DNA of 64,000 nucleotides, taken from positions 1-64,000 of the forward strand of contig JBMOMC010000007.1 in NCBI GenBank assembly GCA_049325335.1, written 5' to 3'. This document shows positions 37,578 to 46,635 of this stretch, in pieces. Position 1 is the first letter of the stretch. Every line of letters begins with the position of its first letter. Both the position numbers and the translations under genes were made by a program. This DNA is from Nitrospirota bacterium. GTDB lineage: Bacteria > Nitrospirota > Nitrospiria > 2-01-FULL-66-17. Below the pieces are notes generated by a model. The model searched no databases, was not told where the DNA came from, and worked only from the letters and a program-made list of their open reading frames with translations.

Positions 37578-38594
37578 TCAGTGCGTGGCCTTGAGGCGTT
37601 CCAAGTAGGATTTTGCGTCCGCATTGGCGGGGTCCAACTCCAGTACCCGCTGAAACGACTCCCGGGCGGCCGCCACGAGATCGGCTCGATCGTGCGGGTC
37701 ATCGAGCGACGCGGCCAAGAGCACCTGCGATTCGCCGAGCGCAAAAAACGCCGCGGGAGACGCTTGTCGGACTTGCGCGAGCATCGAGTATTCCTGAACC
37801 GCCTCGCCGTACTGCTTCTTCCCGACGTATGCCCGCGCCAGCCGCTCGCGGGCGTTGGATTCGTTCGGGTCGTCGTCCAGCAGTTTCCGCCACTCCGCCA
37901 TCGCCCGATCGATCTCGCCGCGCCGCTCATAAAGCAGGCTCAGCGAGTAGCGCGCCTCGCTCAATGAGGGATCAAGCCGTAACGACTCGTCCAGTTCGCG
38001 TTGCGCGCGGACATCATCCTTCTTTTTCAGATACAGATTGCCCAACCCAGCGTGGACGATGGCGATCTTGGGCGACAGCCGGTTGGCCTCAAGGTACGCC
38101 CGCATGGCCTCTTCGTCCTTGCCCAGCCGTGACGCGGCGTGCCCCAACGAAAGCCACGGGTGTTCGTCTTTAGGATCCAGCCGGGTGGCCTGACGGAATT
38201 CCTTGGCCGCGTCTTCGAGCGACTCGCTCTGCAGGTAGAGTCGCCCCAACCAGTAATGCACCCTCGGGCTGTTCGGATGCTCGCGGGCCATCTTTTTGTA
38301 GGTCTCGAGTCCCTGCCGGCCGCGCCGCGTCGACAAGTACGTCATGAACAGGGCCTGGTGATACTTGTGACTCTCCAGGCTCGCCTGCACCGCGTTGGTG
38401 AACTGCTCGATCGCTTCGTCGTACCGGCGCTCTTTGTTGAGTTCCGTCCCCCGCTGAAAAAAGGCCGCGGCCTGATCGTCAGGAGCGGCATACGCGGGAC
38501 ATGAGAGCCACACCACCGCGCACGTCACCGCGACAACCGCCCAGCATCGTCGCAACGGGACACACGTCGCTGTTCTGAACCGGCGCGTCACCAC
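37578..38594 (-). CDS. Exported tetratricopeptide-repeat protein
   Basis: Signal peptide ending AYA; repeated helical TPR units ending LDP/LSP; GTG start approximate. Confidence 0.88.
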   Translation of the reverse strand: MVTRRFRTATCVPLRRCWAVVAVTCAVVWLSCPAYAAPDDQAAAFFQRGTELNKERRYDEAIEQFTNAVQASLESHKYHQALFMTYLSTRRGRQGLETYKKMAREHPNSPRVHYWLGRLYLQSESLEDAAKEFRQATRLDPKDEHPWLSLGHAASRLGKDEEAMRAYLEANRLSPKIAIVHAGLGNLYLKKKDDVRAQRELDESLRLDPSLSEARYSLSLLYERRGEIDRAMAEWRKLLDDDPNESNARERLARAYVGKKQYGEAVQEYSMLAQVRQASPAAFFALGESQVLLAASLDDPHDRADLVAAARESFQRVLELDPANADAKSYLERLKATH

Positions 38595-38640
38595 CGGATC
38601 GAGACCAGCCGACTCCGCGCTCCCGCGGCGAGACCGTGGC

Positions 38641-39531
38641 TCATTGCACTTGTCGCTCGACGGTAGGTATCGGCATGGGTCGCGCGTCCAACGCGGTATC
38701 GAGCCGATACCGCTGTTGTTGATCGTGCAAGGGGATGGCAACATCCTTGGCGTTGAACGCGAAGTCCACGGTCGCTTTGCCCTGGGCGGACACCGTCACG
38801 CGGCCCGACTGAACCGGAAGGTGCGGGTGCCACGCGATCACATCGTACTGCCCTGGCTGCAGGTCGGGAATGGAAAACGTCCCGTCAGCCGCCGTGACCG
38901 CGAAATACGGATTGCCGACCGCGATTCCCCATGACTGCATGAAGTCGTGCACCCCACATTGGGTGTGGAACACGTAGTGCCCCTTCCGCATCCGGATGGC
39001 CTTCTCCGCGCGCGCATTCGGGATCATCGGTTTGTTGAACATCTCAATCGCAAAGTCTTCGCGCATCGAATACGCTTGGATGTCGTGCGTAATGTCGTCC
39101 TTGTTGATCATCGAGAGCGGGTGGCCATTGCGCACCGGCATGATAAACGGGGCGATCCGGCAGTGTTCGATTTGGAGCTCGGGCATGTACGTGAAGGCCT
39201 TGCCCTTTTCCACGCCGACCACGGCCACCACGACGCCCTCGAACCCGCCGTCCTGTCCAACCCGGAACTCCCGGAGGAGGCGGTTGCCGGCGCCGTCAGA
39301 GACTTTTCCGCAAAACGCCATGTTTGGAGAAAACACCAGGTGAAAGATCCGCGACGGCGGCGGCGGACCGTCGAGGCGCACCCGGCCCGTTACGGACCCG
39401 CCGTCCGTGACCGTGGTTTCCACGTATCCCAGGGCCGGTGAGCCGGATAGCGACGCACCGCACAGCGCAAGCATCCCCAGGGCCGCCACACCGCCGCGCC
39501 GAATCCTGCTGACCACGTGCTCACGTCTCAT
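38641..39531 (-). CDS. Exported carboxypeptidase-regulatory-like/cupredoxin-like protein
   Basis: GSVTGRV, N.D..TH, CGVHDFM and NPYFAVT..DG.F.I.DL.PG.Y.V.AWHP motifs. Confidence 0.8.
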   Translation of the reverse strand: MRREHVVSRIRRGGVAALGMLALCGASLSGSPALGYVETTVTDGGSVTGRVRLDGPPPPSRIFHLVFSPNMAFCGKVSDGAGNRLLREFRVGQDGGFEGVVVAVVGVEKGKAFTYMPELQIEHCRIAPFIMPVRNGHPLSMINKDDITHDIQAYSMREDFAIEMFNKPMIPNARAEKAIRMRKGHYVFHTQCGVHDFMQSWGIAVGNPYFAVTAADGTFSIPDLQPGQYDVIAWHPHLPVQSGRVTVSAQGKATVDFAFNAKDVAIPLHDQQQRYRLDTALDARPMPIPTVERQVQ

Positions 39532-39545
39532 CACGGATTGCACTC

Positions 39546-40478
39546 CTATTGATCGCAATATGGGGCTTCACAGCTCTCGAGGTGCTCGTGCGGATGCGCC
39601 TCCGGCCCCACGCGAAACTTCTCCTGACTTTCGTACAACGGCCGAACCACCTGATTACCGTCGAACTCGAATGTGAGCGTCGCCGCGCCGTTGGGCGCAA
39701 CGGTCACCTCCTGCTCGGTCGGCGCCAAGTGGGGATGCCACGCCACCACGCGGTAGGTGCCGGGCGGGATATTGTCGATGGTAAACTCCCCGTCCTTGCG
39801 GGTCTTGGCGTAGTAGGGATTGTCAACCGCATAGCTCCAGCTCTGCATGAATTCGTGCATACCGCAGATCATCTGGGCGATGCGTTTGCCGGGTTGAAGG
39901 TGAATCAGGCCGCCACGCGGTTCGGTGGACACCGGGATCGGGAAATTCAAGACGATATTGCCTCGTTCGCTCTGAAAGATCTGGCTGTTGTGGATGATCG
40001 GATCCTTATTGATGACCGAGATCGGTTGAGGATTGCGGATCACGGAGACCAAGGGGTGCTCGTGCCGCAGGTTCCCGCGTTCGTTCACCGCAAACTGCTC
40101 GCTGTCTGGTACGTCGGCGGGATGGAACATGCAGTCGACCACCACGAAGTCCGATGAAATCGACGCAAACGGCTTGCCCTTGTCCACCCGCTGCACCGAC
40201 ACCACGGCGTCGGACAGACCGCCGCCAGCCCCGACAATGAACTCTTCCAAGACAATATGTCCCTTGCCGTCCGAAATTTTTTTGCAGAAGGGACCGAACG
40301 GATACAACACCAAGGGAAAAACCCGTGGTTCAGGAACCGCCCCGGTGAGCACGACTCTCCCCGTGATGGATCCGCCGTTCTTGACCGCGATTTCTTCATA
40401 CGCGACCGCAGTCCCGCTTGTCGTCACGCCCGCGACCAAGGCCGCGACCATTGTGAGCCAATTCACATTCCGAATCAT
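39546..40478 (-). CDS. Exported carboxypeptidase-regulatory-like/cupredoxin-like protein (paralog)
   Basis: GSITGRV, NKDPIIH, CGMHEFM and NPYYAKT..DG.F.I.NIPPG.Y.V.AWHP motifs; AAGGA RBS. Confidence 0.82.
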   Translation of the reverse strand: MIRNVNWLTMVAALVAGVTTSGTAVAYEEIAVKNGGSITGRVVLTGAVPEPRVFPLVLYPFGPFCKKISDGKGHIVLEEFIVGAGGGLSDAVVSVQRVDKGKPFASISSDFVVVDCMFHPADVPDSEQFAVNERGNLRHEHPLVSVIRNPQPISVINKDPIIHNSQIFQSERGNIVLNFPIPVSTEPRGGLIHLQPGKRIAQMICGMHEFMQSWSYAVDNPYYAKTRKDGEFTIDNIPPGTYRVVAWHPHLAPTEQEVTVAPNGAATLTFEFDGNQVVRPLYESQEKFRVGPEAHPHEHLESCEAPYCDQ

Positions 40479-40506
40479 TGATGAATCCTTCCTTGTTGCT
40501 TATGAG

Positions 40507-40553
40507 AAAACAGCATCGGGGCAGGAACAGCCGCCGGCCGTCCCTGCCCCGAT
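40507..40553 (-). terminator. Probable intrinsic terminator/attenuator after MCO-2
   Basis: 11-bp outer stem ATCGGGGCAGG/CCTGCCCCGAT followed on the minus strand by GCTGTTTT. Confidence 0.55.
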
Positions 40554-40580
40554 ATCTTACCGTCTTGCCACGATATAACG

Positions 40581-43500
40581 CTACCGTTGCAACATGGACA
40601 CCGGACCAGGAACCGAACCAACGGCGGCTTGCGGCTCGTCGGCGCCGGGAACTTCGGCCGTCTTCCCGCCCACCGTGCCTCCGCCGTTGAGCGGCTGGAT
40701 CTTCCGATCAGCGGCCGGGAGCACCCGGAGGTATCCCCATTGACCGGCCTGCGTATACGGCATCCGGTGGTTCTGCCACACGTAGGTTCCGGGAATATGG
40801 TACGGACCTCCGGCGCCTTCCTTGAGGAAGACATCGAGGTTCTCGGACCCGCCAAACTGCAGCGAGCTCATCATATCCGCCCCTTCCATGTCGGGCTTGA
40901 GCGGCCACTGATGCCCTTCAAGGCTGAACACCTGGTTCTGTTCATTGAACGCGCCGAACACATGGATCCTCACCGGATCTCCGGCGTGCGCCAGAATCGT
41001 CGGCGTGGCCGGCTCGGCGTCGGCCGCGACACAGGGCGTGAACATCAATCCCAGTTCGCAGCCTTGCTCCTCGCGATAGCTCCACGGTTCGATCCGATAG
41101 TTCACGCCGGTCAGCCCCGCGATCTGCTGGATGTAGGGCATGAACGAGGTGCCGATGATGTTGTCCTCATCCTGGAAGAATAATGAGGCGTCGCGGTAGT
41201 CCGATCGCGTGGCGTTCTCCGGAATCGACCGATCGATGATCACGTCGGCCTGCCAGGAGTTCTTGAGCGACACGTCTTCGCCCGTCACGGGGTCGCGATA
41301 CTTCGAACCCTTCGGCCCCACGATGATCGCGCCGAAGAGTCCGTCGCGCACGCCGTTGATGAAATTCCCCCAATCCCACACCAACGCCGCGTTCTCGCCG
41401 TATTGCGGATGCGCGTAGAAGGTGTAGGTCCGGGTCTTGCCGGGCGCCACGGTCTGATCACCCGGGTTGTTGCCCACGTTCACCCCGTGCGAATCCTTCG
41501 GATCGAACGCGAGCATATCCGCGCTGAACGAGGCATTGTCCTTCTTCATCTCGTTCTTCAAGTTGATCTTGACGCAGTCGCCCACGTTCACGTGCAGGGT
41601 TAGCGGCATCGGCTGCGTGCCGCCGGTGGCGACCTTGGACTTCTCACCCTCGAGCATAAAGATCTTGCCCGACGGGTTGCTCACTTGCAGCTTCCGGTCA
41701 AAATCCACCTCGATCACGTCCGGCGCGCTCGGATTGTATTTCAAGGCGCGATCCGCCGCGATCACGCTGAACGTCTTGACCGGAGCATCCGCCGGGCACA
41801 CCGACTTCGCCGAAGCGGGAATCTCGTCACGCCCCGGGAGCTTCTGCAGGTCCTTGGTTTCCTTGTCCAGCACCCGGACGATCCCCCAGCTCCCTTCCGA
41901 GAGGTGGGAGGCTCGGCCGTTGTAGTGCAGGTAATCGCCCGCGATCTGTTGGGCGCCCCCCGCCTTGGTGACCAGGTCATACCGCTCCGCGATTCCGACG
42001 TGCCACGCGTTCTTCAGATCGGATTTTTCCGCGTACCGTTCGGTTCGGAACGCGTGCCCGGCCAAATGCCAGGTATGGCTTTCATTCATCAGCGTGTGCA
42101 ACAGACGGAACACCATGGTGTCGCCGACGTACGCCCGCATCATCGGGGTGCTCGGGTCCTGGTGGGTCTTGCTGGAGAAGATCAACGTCGGATCCGGGTT
42201 GTTCTTCAAACGACGGGCCACGGATTCGGCGCGGAAGTTGAATCCCCCGCCCGTGGTGTGGGTCCCGCCGTTCAACATCTTCACTGCCGCCAGATCCAGG
42301 TCGTACGGCATCTGGAACGAGAGCGTCTGGCCCGCGTCGATCGCGACCTGCACGCTCTGGCCCGGCGGGTTGCCCTCGGTGACCACCTGCGCCGTGGTGG
42401 GCACGGTATCGTGCGGCATCACGACCAATTCCCGGAAGCTCCCGTTGACCCCGTAACCGATCGGCTCGGTGGAGTGAATATCCGCCACCGGCCCGCTGCG
42501 AATCGGTTCTCCCGTCTTGGGATCGTGATACGTGGAGCCGTAGGGCTCCACGATCATGGCGCCGACCCCGCCGTGCGGCCAGGTCGTGGCGCCGAACGAG
42601 TGGTCGTGCCAGAACACGGTCCCGATGTCGGAATCCACCCACATCCGGTATCGGACGAACTCCACCGTGGCGATCTCGTTCTTCTTGTGGTCGAACCGCA
42701 GGGGTTCGGCAAACGTCACGGTGTCGCCCTTGATGTCCTTGATCCAGAGCACCTCCGACGTTTTCACCTCGTCCGCGCCGATCATCAAGTCGGTGCCGAC
42801 GTGAAACGGCGTCGCGTCCTCGGCCATCTTGATCTTGATGGAGGTCGCGCCGGCTCTGACGTCTTCGGTGAGCAGGGCGTTCATGGGCGTCGGAAGGCCT
42901 TTGTGTTTCTCTTTGTGCATCTGGACGAACGGCCGCACCGACTGCTCGTAGGAGAAGCCGGTGATCACGCCGTCCGACGCCTGATTGTCGAACTGAATGA
43001 AGTGCGGGTGGATGTTGATCTTGGACATCTGGAAGTTCGTGGTGTCGTTGTCCACCCATTCGCTCTTGAGAATCACGTCCACGCAGTCGTACACGTTCGC
43101 GCGATAGACCAACGGGATGGTCTTGTCGCCGGACGGGTTGGCGCGAACCTCGTCCTCGTTTTCCTTGAGGACGTAGAGCAAACCGTTCTTGTCGACCACG
43201 GGTTGCTGTTTGCCCAGCCCCTTGGTCAACTGAATGCCGGTCTGAATGAAGTGGATCGTGTACTGCTTGCGTCCCGCGTTTTCCGGGCACAGGCTCCACC
43301 GCCCTTGTTCACCCGGCCGAGCGGGCTGATTCGTCTCCTCGCCGATCGCGCCCTTGCTGCCGGGATCGCTCGCCAAGGCCCCGTTGTTCTTGTCCATGTG
43401 GATCGGTTCCAACCACGGCGCAGGGCCGTGGTGGCGCGCAAACGGCACGCGTTTCCCGAAATGCGGCTTGAAGTGCGGCCACGCCAGCTTACCCGTCTTG

Positions 43501-45503
43501 GCGTCGAATAGGATCGGCGGACGCTTGCCGGGCATCGGCGACTTGTACTTCGGATGGTCGAAGGTGCCGGTCGCTTCCGGCTCGCCCAACGCCTTGTTGC
43601 CGTCCCACGTCCAGTCCCACACGGTCGCGTCGTAGGCCGTGATCTGGCCCTTCTCATCCGCGGTGTGGCCCGGCTGCCCGGCCGGGGGCACCATCATCTT
43701 GACCCAGTCCTTGATCGACACGTCCGGGATCGGCTTGGACCAGTCGGACTTATCCGCGGTGATCTTCCACTTCTTGTCGTACCAATCCATGGTCTTGCCG
43801 ATCAACTGATCGGACGTCACGGCCGGCTTCATCCGGCCCTTGCGATCCGGCAGTTCCAGCAACGGCGGCATCACGTCCGTGCTGCCCATCGGATAATTCC
43901 CGACCTGTAAGACGTTGTACGTCCTGGCGTACCCCCACATCCCGGCCACGTAGTGGTGCGCCACGTGGCAGTGGAAGAGGAAGTCGCCGGCCAGTTGTTG
44001 ACACAACCCGGACCCGCACTCGTTTTGGAGATCGACCACCTCGGTCGGACCGATCACCTGCACGTCCACGCGGTCCGATGTGGTGCGGACCTCGGGGAAC
44101 TTGATCGGCCCGTTCTGCGCCGCGGTCAGGAGAAAATCGGCTTTTCCGTCGGCCTTAGGCTGACGGAGCCAGCGGATGGTTCCGCCGTGCGGGTGGTGCG
44201 AGTGAAACACCTCGCCGCCGCCGTGCACCAACCGCCATTTGACCGGGTCGCCCATGTAGGCGCGGGGGATCGTGGTCGGTACGTCGGCGAACGTGTACGA
44301 GCTGTACGACAGCGACTCGTCTTCGTGATGGAAGTATTTCTCCTGCAACGCCAGGTTGTTCACGCCAAACGGCTCGCTGCGATAGCTGATGGCGCGCGCC
44401 GAGGGGCGATACGCGTCCGTGTTCGGATCGCGCTGCGGAATGGTCTCCCCGCTGCGGTTCAGCGGTCGAAATGACTCGTCGCCGATCTCGTGGTAGAAGA
44501 TCACGAACTCGCGGAAGTCCGGTTTGTCCGGGTGCGCGACCATCATCTGCCACCCGCTCTTGGCTTCCTTGCCGCTGATGGGATCGATGTACGTGGAACC
44601 CATCGGCTCCACGATGAAGGACCCGATCATGCCCAGGCTCGCCTGCTCGCGGCCCACGTGGCTGTGCAGCATGTGCACGCCTTCCTGTTCGGTCGGGCCG
44701 ATGTACCACTCGAACACCTGGCTCTTGCCGGGCGCCACGTTCGCGTCCGGGTTGGCCGCGGTCGCGGGCGCCCCGGTCGACTGCACGATGAAGCTCGATC
44801 CGTGCACGTGCATGCCGACGTCTTCGCCGTCCAACGCGTTGCGCAAGGTGACCACGACGCAGTCGCCCTGGTTGCCGCGGATGTTGAGCGGCTGGATCAC
44901 GTCGGTCTGCATCCCGGTGGTCACGGCGCCGGGATCATAGCCGGGCTTCTTGCGCGCTTCCCGGTTGATCTTCTCCTCCTGCCGGACCTTGTCGATGTTC
45001 TCGGTCAACACGTACATGTAGCCCGAGTGGAAATCGAGCCATTGATTGAGTGTGATCTCCACGTTGATCGCGGAGATGTCGTAGTTTTTGACCGGCGCGC
45101 CCTTGGGACAGCGGCCGCCCATGGAGACCGACTCGCCCGAGGCAGGGCCCAAGAAATAGCTGCGATCCATCTGCTGCATCATGCCCATGCCGCTGAACGC
45201 CCCGCCACCGGTGTGGGTCGCGTGGTCCTCGGTGCCCTTGGCGATCTCGTCCATGAGCTTTTGCATGGCCGCGTCGACTTGATCGCGATGTCCCGACCGG
45301 CCCTCGGCCGTGTCTTCGCGCGCGATCTGGGCCTTGAGCTTGGCCTCCCAGCTTGCGTCCGCCACCTGCGTCGTCCCGGCGGACTCGGCATGGTCCGCAT
45401 GCTCGCCATCATGACCGGGACCGGCGAACACTTTACCCGGCTGGCCGACCAACATCGCGACACCCAACCCGATGCCCCATAGGGCACGTCCGACATTCTT
45501 CAT
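40581..45503 (-). CDS. Giant multi-domain multicopper oxidase, MnxG-like (MCO-2)
   Basis: About 1640 aa from ATG 45503 (GGAGG RBS, signal peptide); MHVHG, HMLHSH, HSHHPHG, HCHVAHHYVAGM, IHPH, WHDH and HTWHLAGH; colinear with MCO-1. Confidence 0.88.
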   Translation of the reverse strand: MKNVGRALWGIGLGVAMLVGQPGKVFAGPGHDGEHADHAESAGTTQVADASWEAKLKAQIAREDTAEGRSGHRDQVDAAMQKLMDEIAKGTEDHATHTGGGAFSGMGMMQQMDRSYFLGPASGESVSMGGRCPKGAPVKNYDISAINVEITLNQWLDFHSGYMYVLTENIDKVRQEEKINREARKKPGYDPGAVTTGMQTDVIQPLNIRGNQGDCVVVTLRNALDGEDVGMHVHGSSFIVQSTGAPATAANPDANVAPGKSQVFEWYIGPTEQEGVHMLHSHVGREQASLGMIGSFIVEPMGSTYIDPISGKEAKSGWQMMVAHPDKPDFREFVIFYHEIGDESFRPLNRSGETIPQRDPNTDAYRPSARAISYRSEPFGVNNLALQEKYFHHEDESLSYSSYTFADVPTTIPRAYMGDPVKWRLVHGGGEVFHSHHPHGGTIRWLRQPKADGKADFLLTAAQNGPIKFPEVRTTSDRVDVQVIGPTEVVDLQNECGSGLCQQLAGDFLFHCHVAHHYVAGMWGYARTYNVLQVGNYPMGSTDVMPPLLELPDRKGRMKPAVTSDQLIGKTMDWYDKKWKITADKSDWSKPIPDVSIKDWVKMMVPPAGQPGHTADEKGQITAYDATVWDWTWDGNKALGEPEATGTFDHPKYKSPMPGKRPPILFDAKTGKLAWPHFKPHFGKRVPFARHHGPAPWLEPIHMDKNNGALASDPGSKGAIGEETNQPARPGEQGRWSLCPENAGRKQYTIHFIQTGIQLTKGLGKQQPVVDKNGLLYVLKENEDEVRANPSGDKTIPLVYRANVYDCVDVILKSEWVDNDTTNFQMSKINIHPHFIQFDNQASDGVITGFSYEQSVRPFVQMHKEKHKGLPTPMNALLTEDVRAGATSIKIKMAEDATPFHVGTDLMIGADEVKTSEVLWIKDIKGDTVTFAEPLRFDHKKNEIATVEFVRYRMWVDSDIGTVFWHDHSFGATTWPHGGVGAMIVEPYGSTYHDPKTGEPIRSGPVADIHSTEPIGYGVNGSFRELVVMPHDTVPTTAQVVTEGNPPGQSVQVAIDAGQTLSFQMPYDLDLAAVKMLNGGTHTTGGGFNFRAESVARRLKNNPDPTLIFSSKTHQDPSTPMMRAYVGDTMVFRLLHTLMNESHTWHLAGHAFRTERYAEKSDLKNAWHVGIAERYDLVTKAGGAQQIAGDYLHYNGRASHLSEGSWGIVRVLDKETKDLQKLPGRDEIPASAKSVCPADAPVKTFSVIAADRALKYNPSAPDVIEVDFDRKLQVSNPSGKIFMLEGEKSKVATGGTQPMPLTLHVNVGDCVKINLKNEMKKDNASFSADMLAFDPKDSHGVNVGNNPGDQTVAPGKTRTYTFYAHPQYGENAALVWDWGNFINGVRDGLFGAIIVGPKGSKYRDPVTGEDVSLKNSWQADVIIDRSIPENATRSDYRDASLFFQDEDNIIGTSFMPYIQQIAGLTGVNYRIEPWSYREEQGCELGLMFTPCVAADAEPATPTILAHAGDPVRIHVFGAFNEQNQVFSLEGHQWPLKPDMEGADMMSSLQFGGSENLDVFLKEGAGGPYHIPGTYVWQNHRMPYTQAGQWGYLRVLPAADRKIQPLNGGGTVGGKTAEVPGADEPQAAVGSVPGPVSMLQR

Positions 45504-45967
45504 GCCACCTCCCCCTTGTTTTCCGACTGCTGAACCGTTCACCCGCGACGTCCGTCCCAGCCCACTCCCAGCCCCGGACGCGGGACGACGGACGCGGTGA
45601 TCCTGCTTGAAAACCTGACCGGGCACGCGGTCCAATGCGAACCTGGCTGGATACAGTCCCTTCCCTATTAGCTTAGATCGGCGAGATGTCCAGCTTGAGG
45701 TGCCTAGAGACATTAATTCCTGCCGACTACCAGTGTTTGGTGTAGACCACTTCGGCCCATGAGGGTGGGCCATTCCACGAATTGGCGGGTCAATTACCAC
45801 GATTAAACAACTACTCGCTGCGCGTCACCTTGTTTCGAACCGTGTATTCGCTCGAACGGACATGTTGGAGCGCTTCCTTATACGCGGATTCCCCTTGGAC
45901 TGTCAAGCAAAAATTTGGACAGTGCACAACGAGTTGGACACACACCAGGCCCAGAGGCGATCGTTAA

Positions 45968-45996
45968 TTGAGATCATCGTGCGAACAGCGTATGAT
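45968..45996 (+). promoter_or_regulatory. Candidate sigma70 promoter
   Basis: TTGAGA-N17-TATGAT upstream of ATG 46032. Confidence 0.5.
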
Positions 45997-46031
45997 AATT
46001 CAATGTGTCCATCACCGCGCGCTAAACCCCA

Positions 46032-46619
46032 ATGAGGGGACGTCGATCGCGATCCGAGCGACCGACTCTTCAGACATGGCCGTTGCTCGGCCGAGCAGTC
46101 CTAACGCTGACGTTAGAACTTGGGATCGCCGGGCAGTCGACGGCGTCGGAGACCACGATCCAGCCTTGCGCCGATCAGCCGGGCGCCGCGACGACCATTG
46201 AAATGACGTTGGCCAAACACTGGAGACCCCGGGCCGCGGAGATCAAGCGCGAACTGCGATCCGGTCCGGGATCGATCACCACGAGGATCGCGTTCACGCC
46301 TATGGCCGCGCCGCCGATGAACATCGGCATTGGCCGGTGCGTGGACGCGGACACGGCTCGGAACGCCATCCGCGCGGCGATCGCGTACAACGGCGGGATC
46401 GAGTACCTGATCTTCCAAGACATCCTGCCGCATCGATGGATCATGATCGGCACGACGCAGGTGGCCGAGCTGTCGTGGACGCGGGTCGGCCGCGAGGACC
46501 TCGATCAGCTCAGCGCGCCCGGGCTCTCCACCGGCGAATTCCAGATGCTCTATCGGACGCTGGCAACCCCGAAAGAGCGCAAGCGGCCGTTCGGGCTCGA
46601 CGCGCCCCCCGCGCCGTAA
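46032..46619 (+). CDS. Exported hypothetical protein (paralog of 36974-37528)
   Basis: Shared NIxIG, YNxG, IxIG and LSTxxFxxLYRxL motifs. Confidence 0.78.
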   Translation: MRGRRSRSERPTLQTWPLLGRAVLTLTLELGIAGQSTASETTIQPCADQPGAATTIEMTLAKHWRPRAAEIKRELRSGPGSITTRIAFTPMAAPPMNIGIGRCVDADTARNAIRAAIAYNGGIEYLIFQDILPHRWIMIGTTQVAELSWTRVGREDLDQLSAPGLSTGEFQMLYRTLATPKERKRPFGLDAPPAP

Positions 46620-46635
46620 CGCCCGGCGCGCACCC

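Noticed and set aside
45504..45800. 99-aa N-terminal extension of MCO-2 in the ORF track (similar extensions on dnaE, copB, accA, the activator and the propeller genes)
   Set aside because: Downstream starts have an RBS or stop/start overlap and are followed directly by signal peptides or conserved N-termini.
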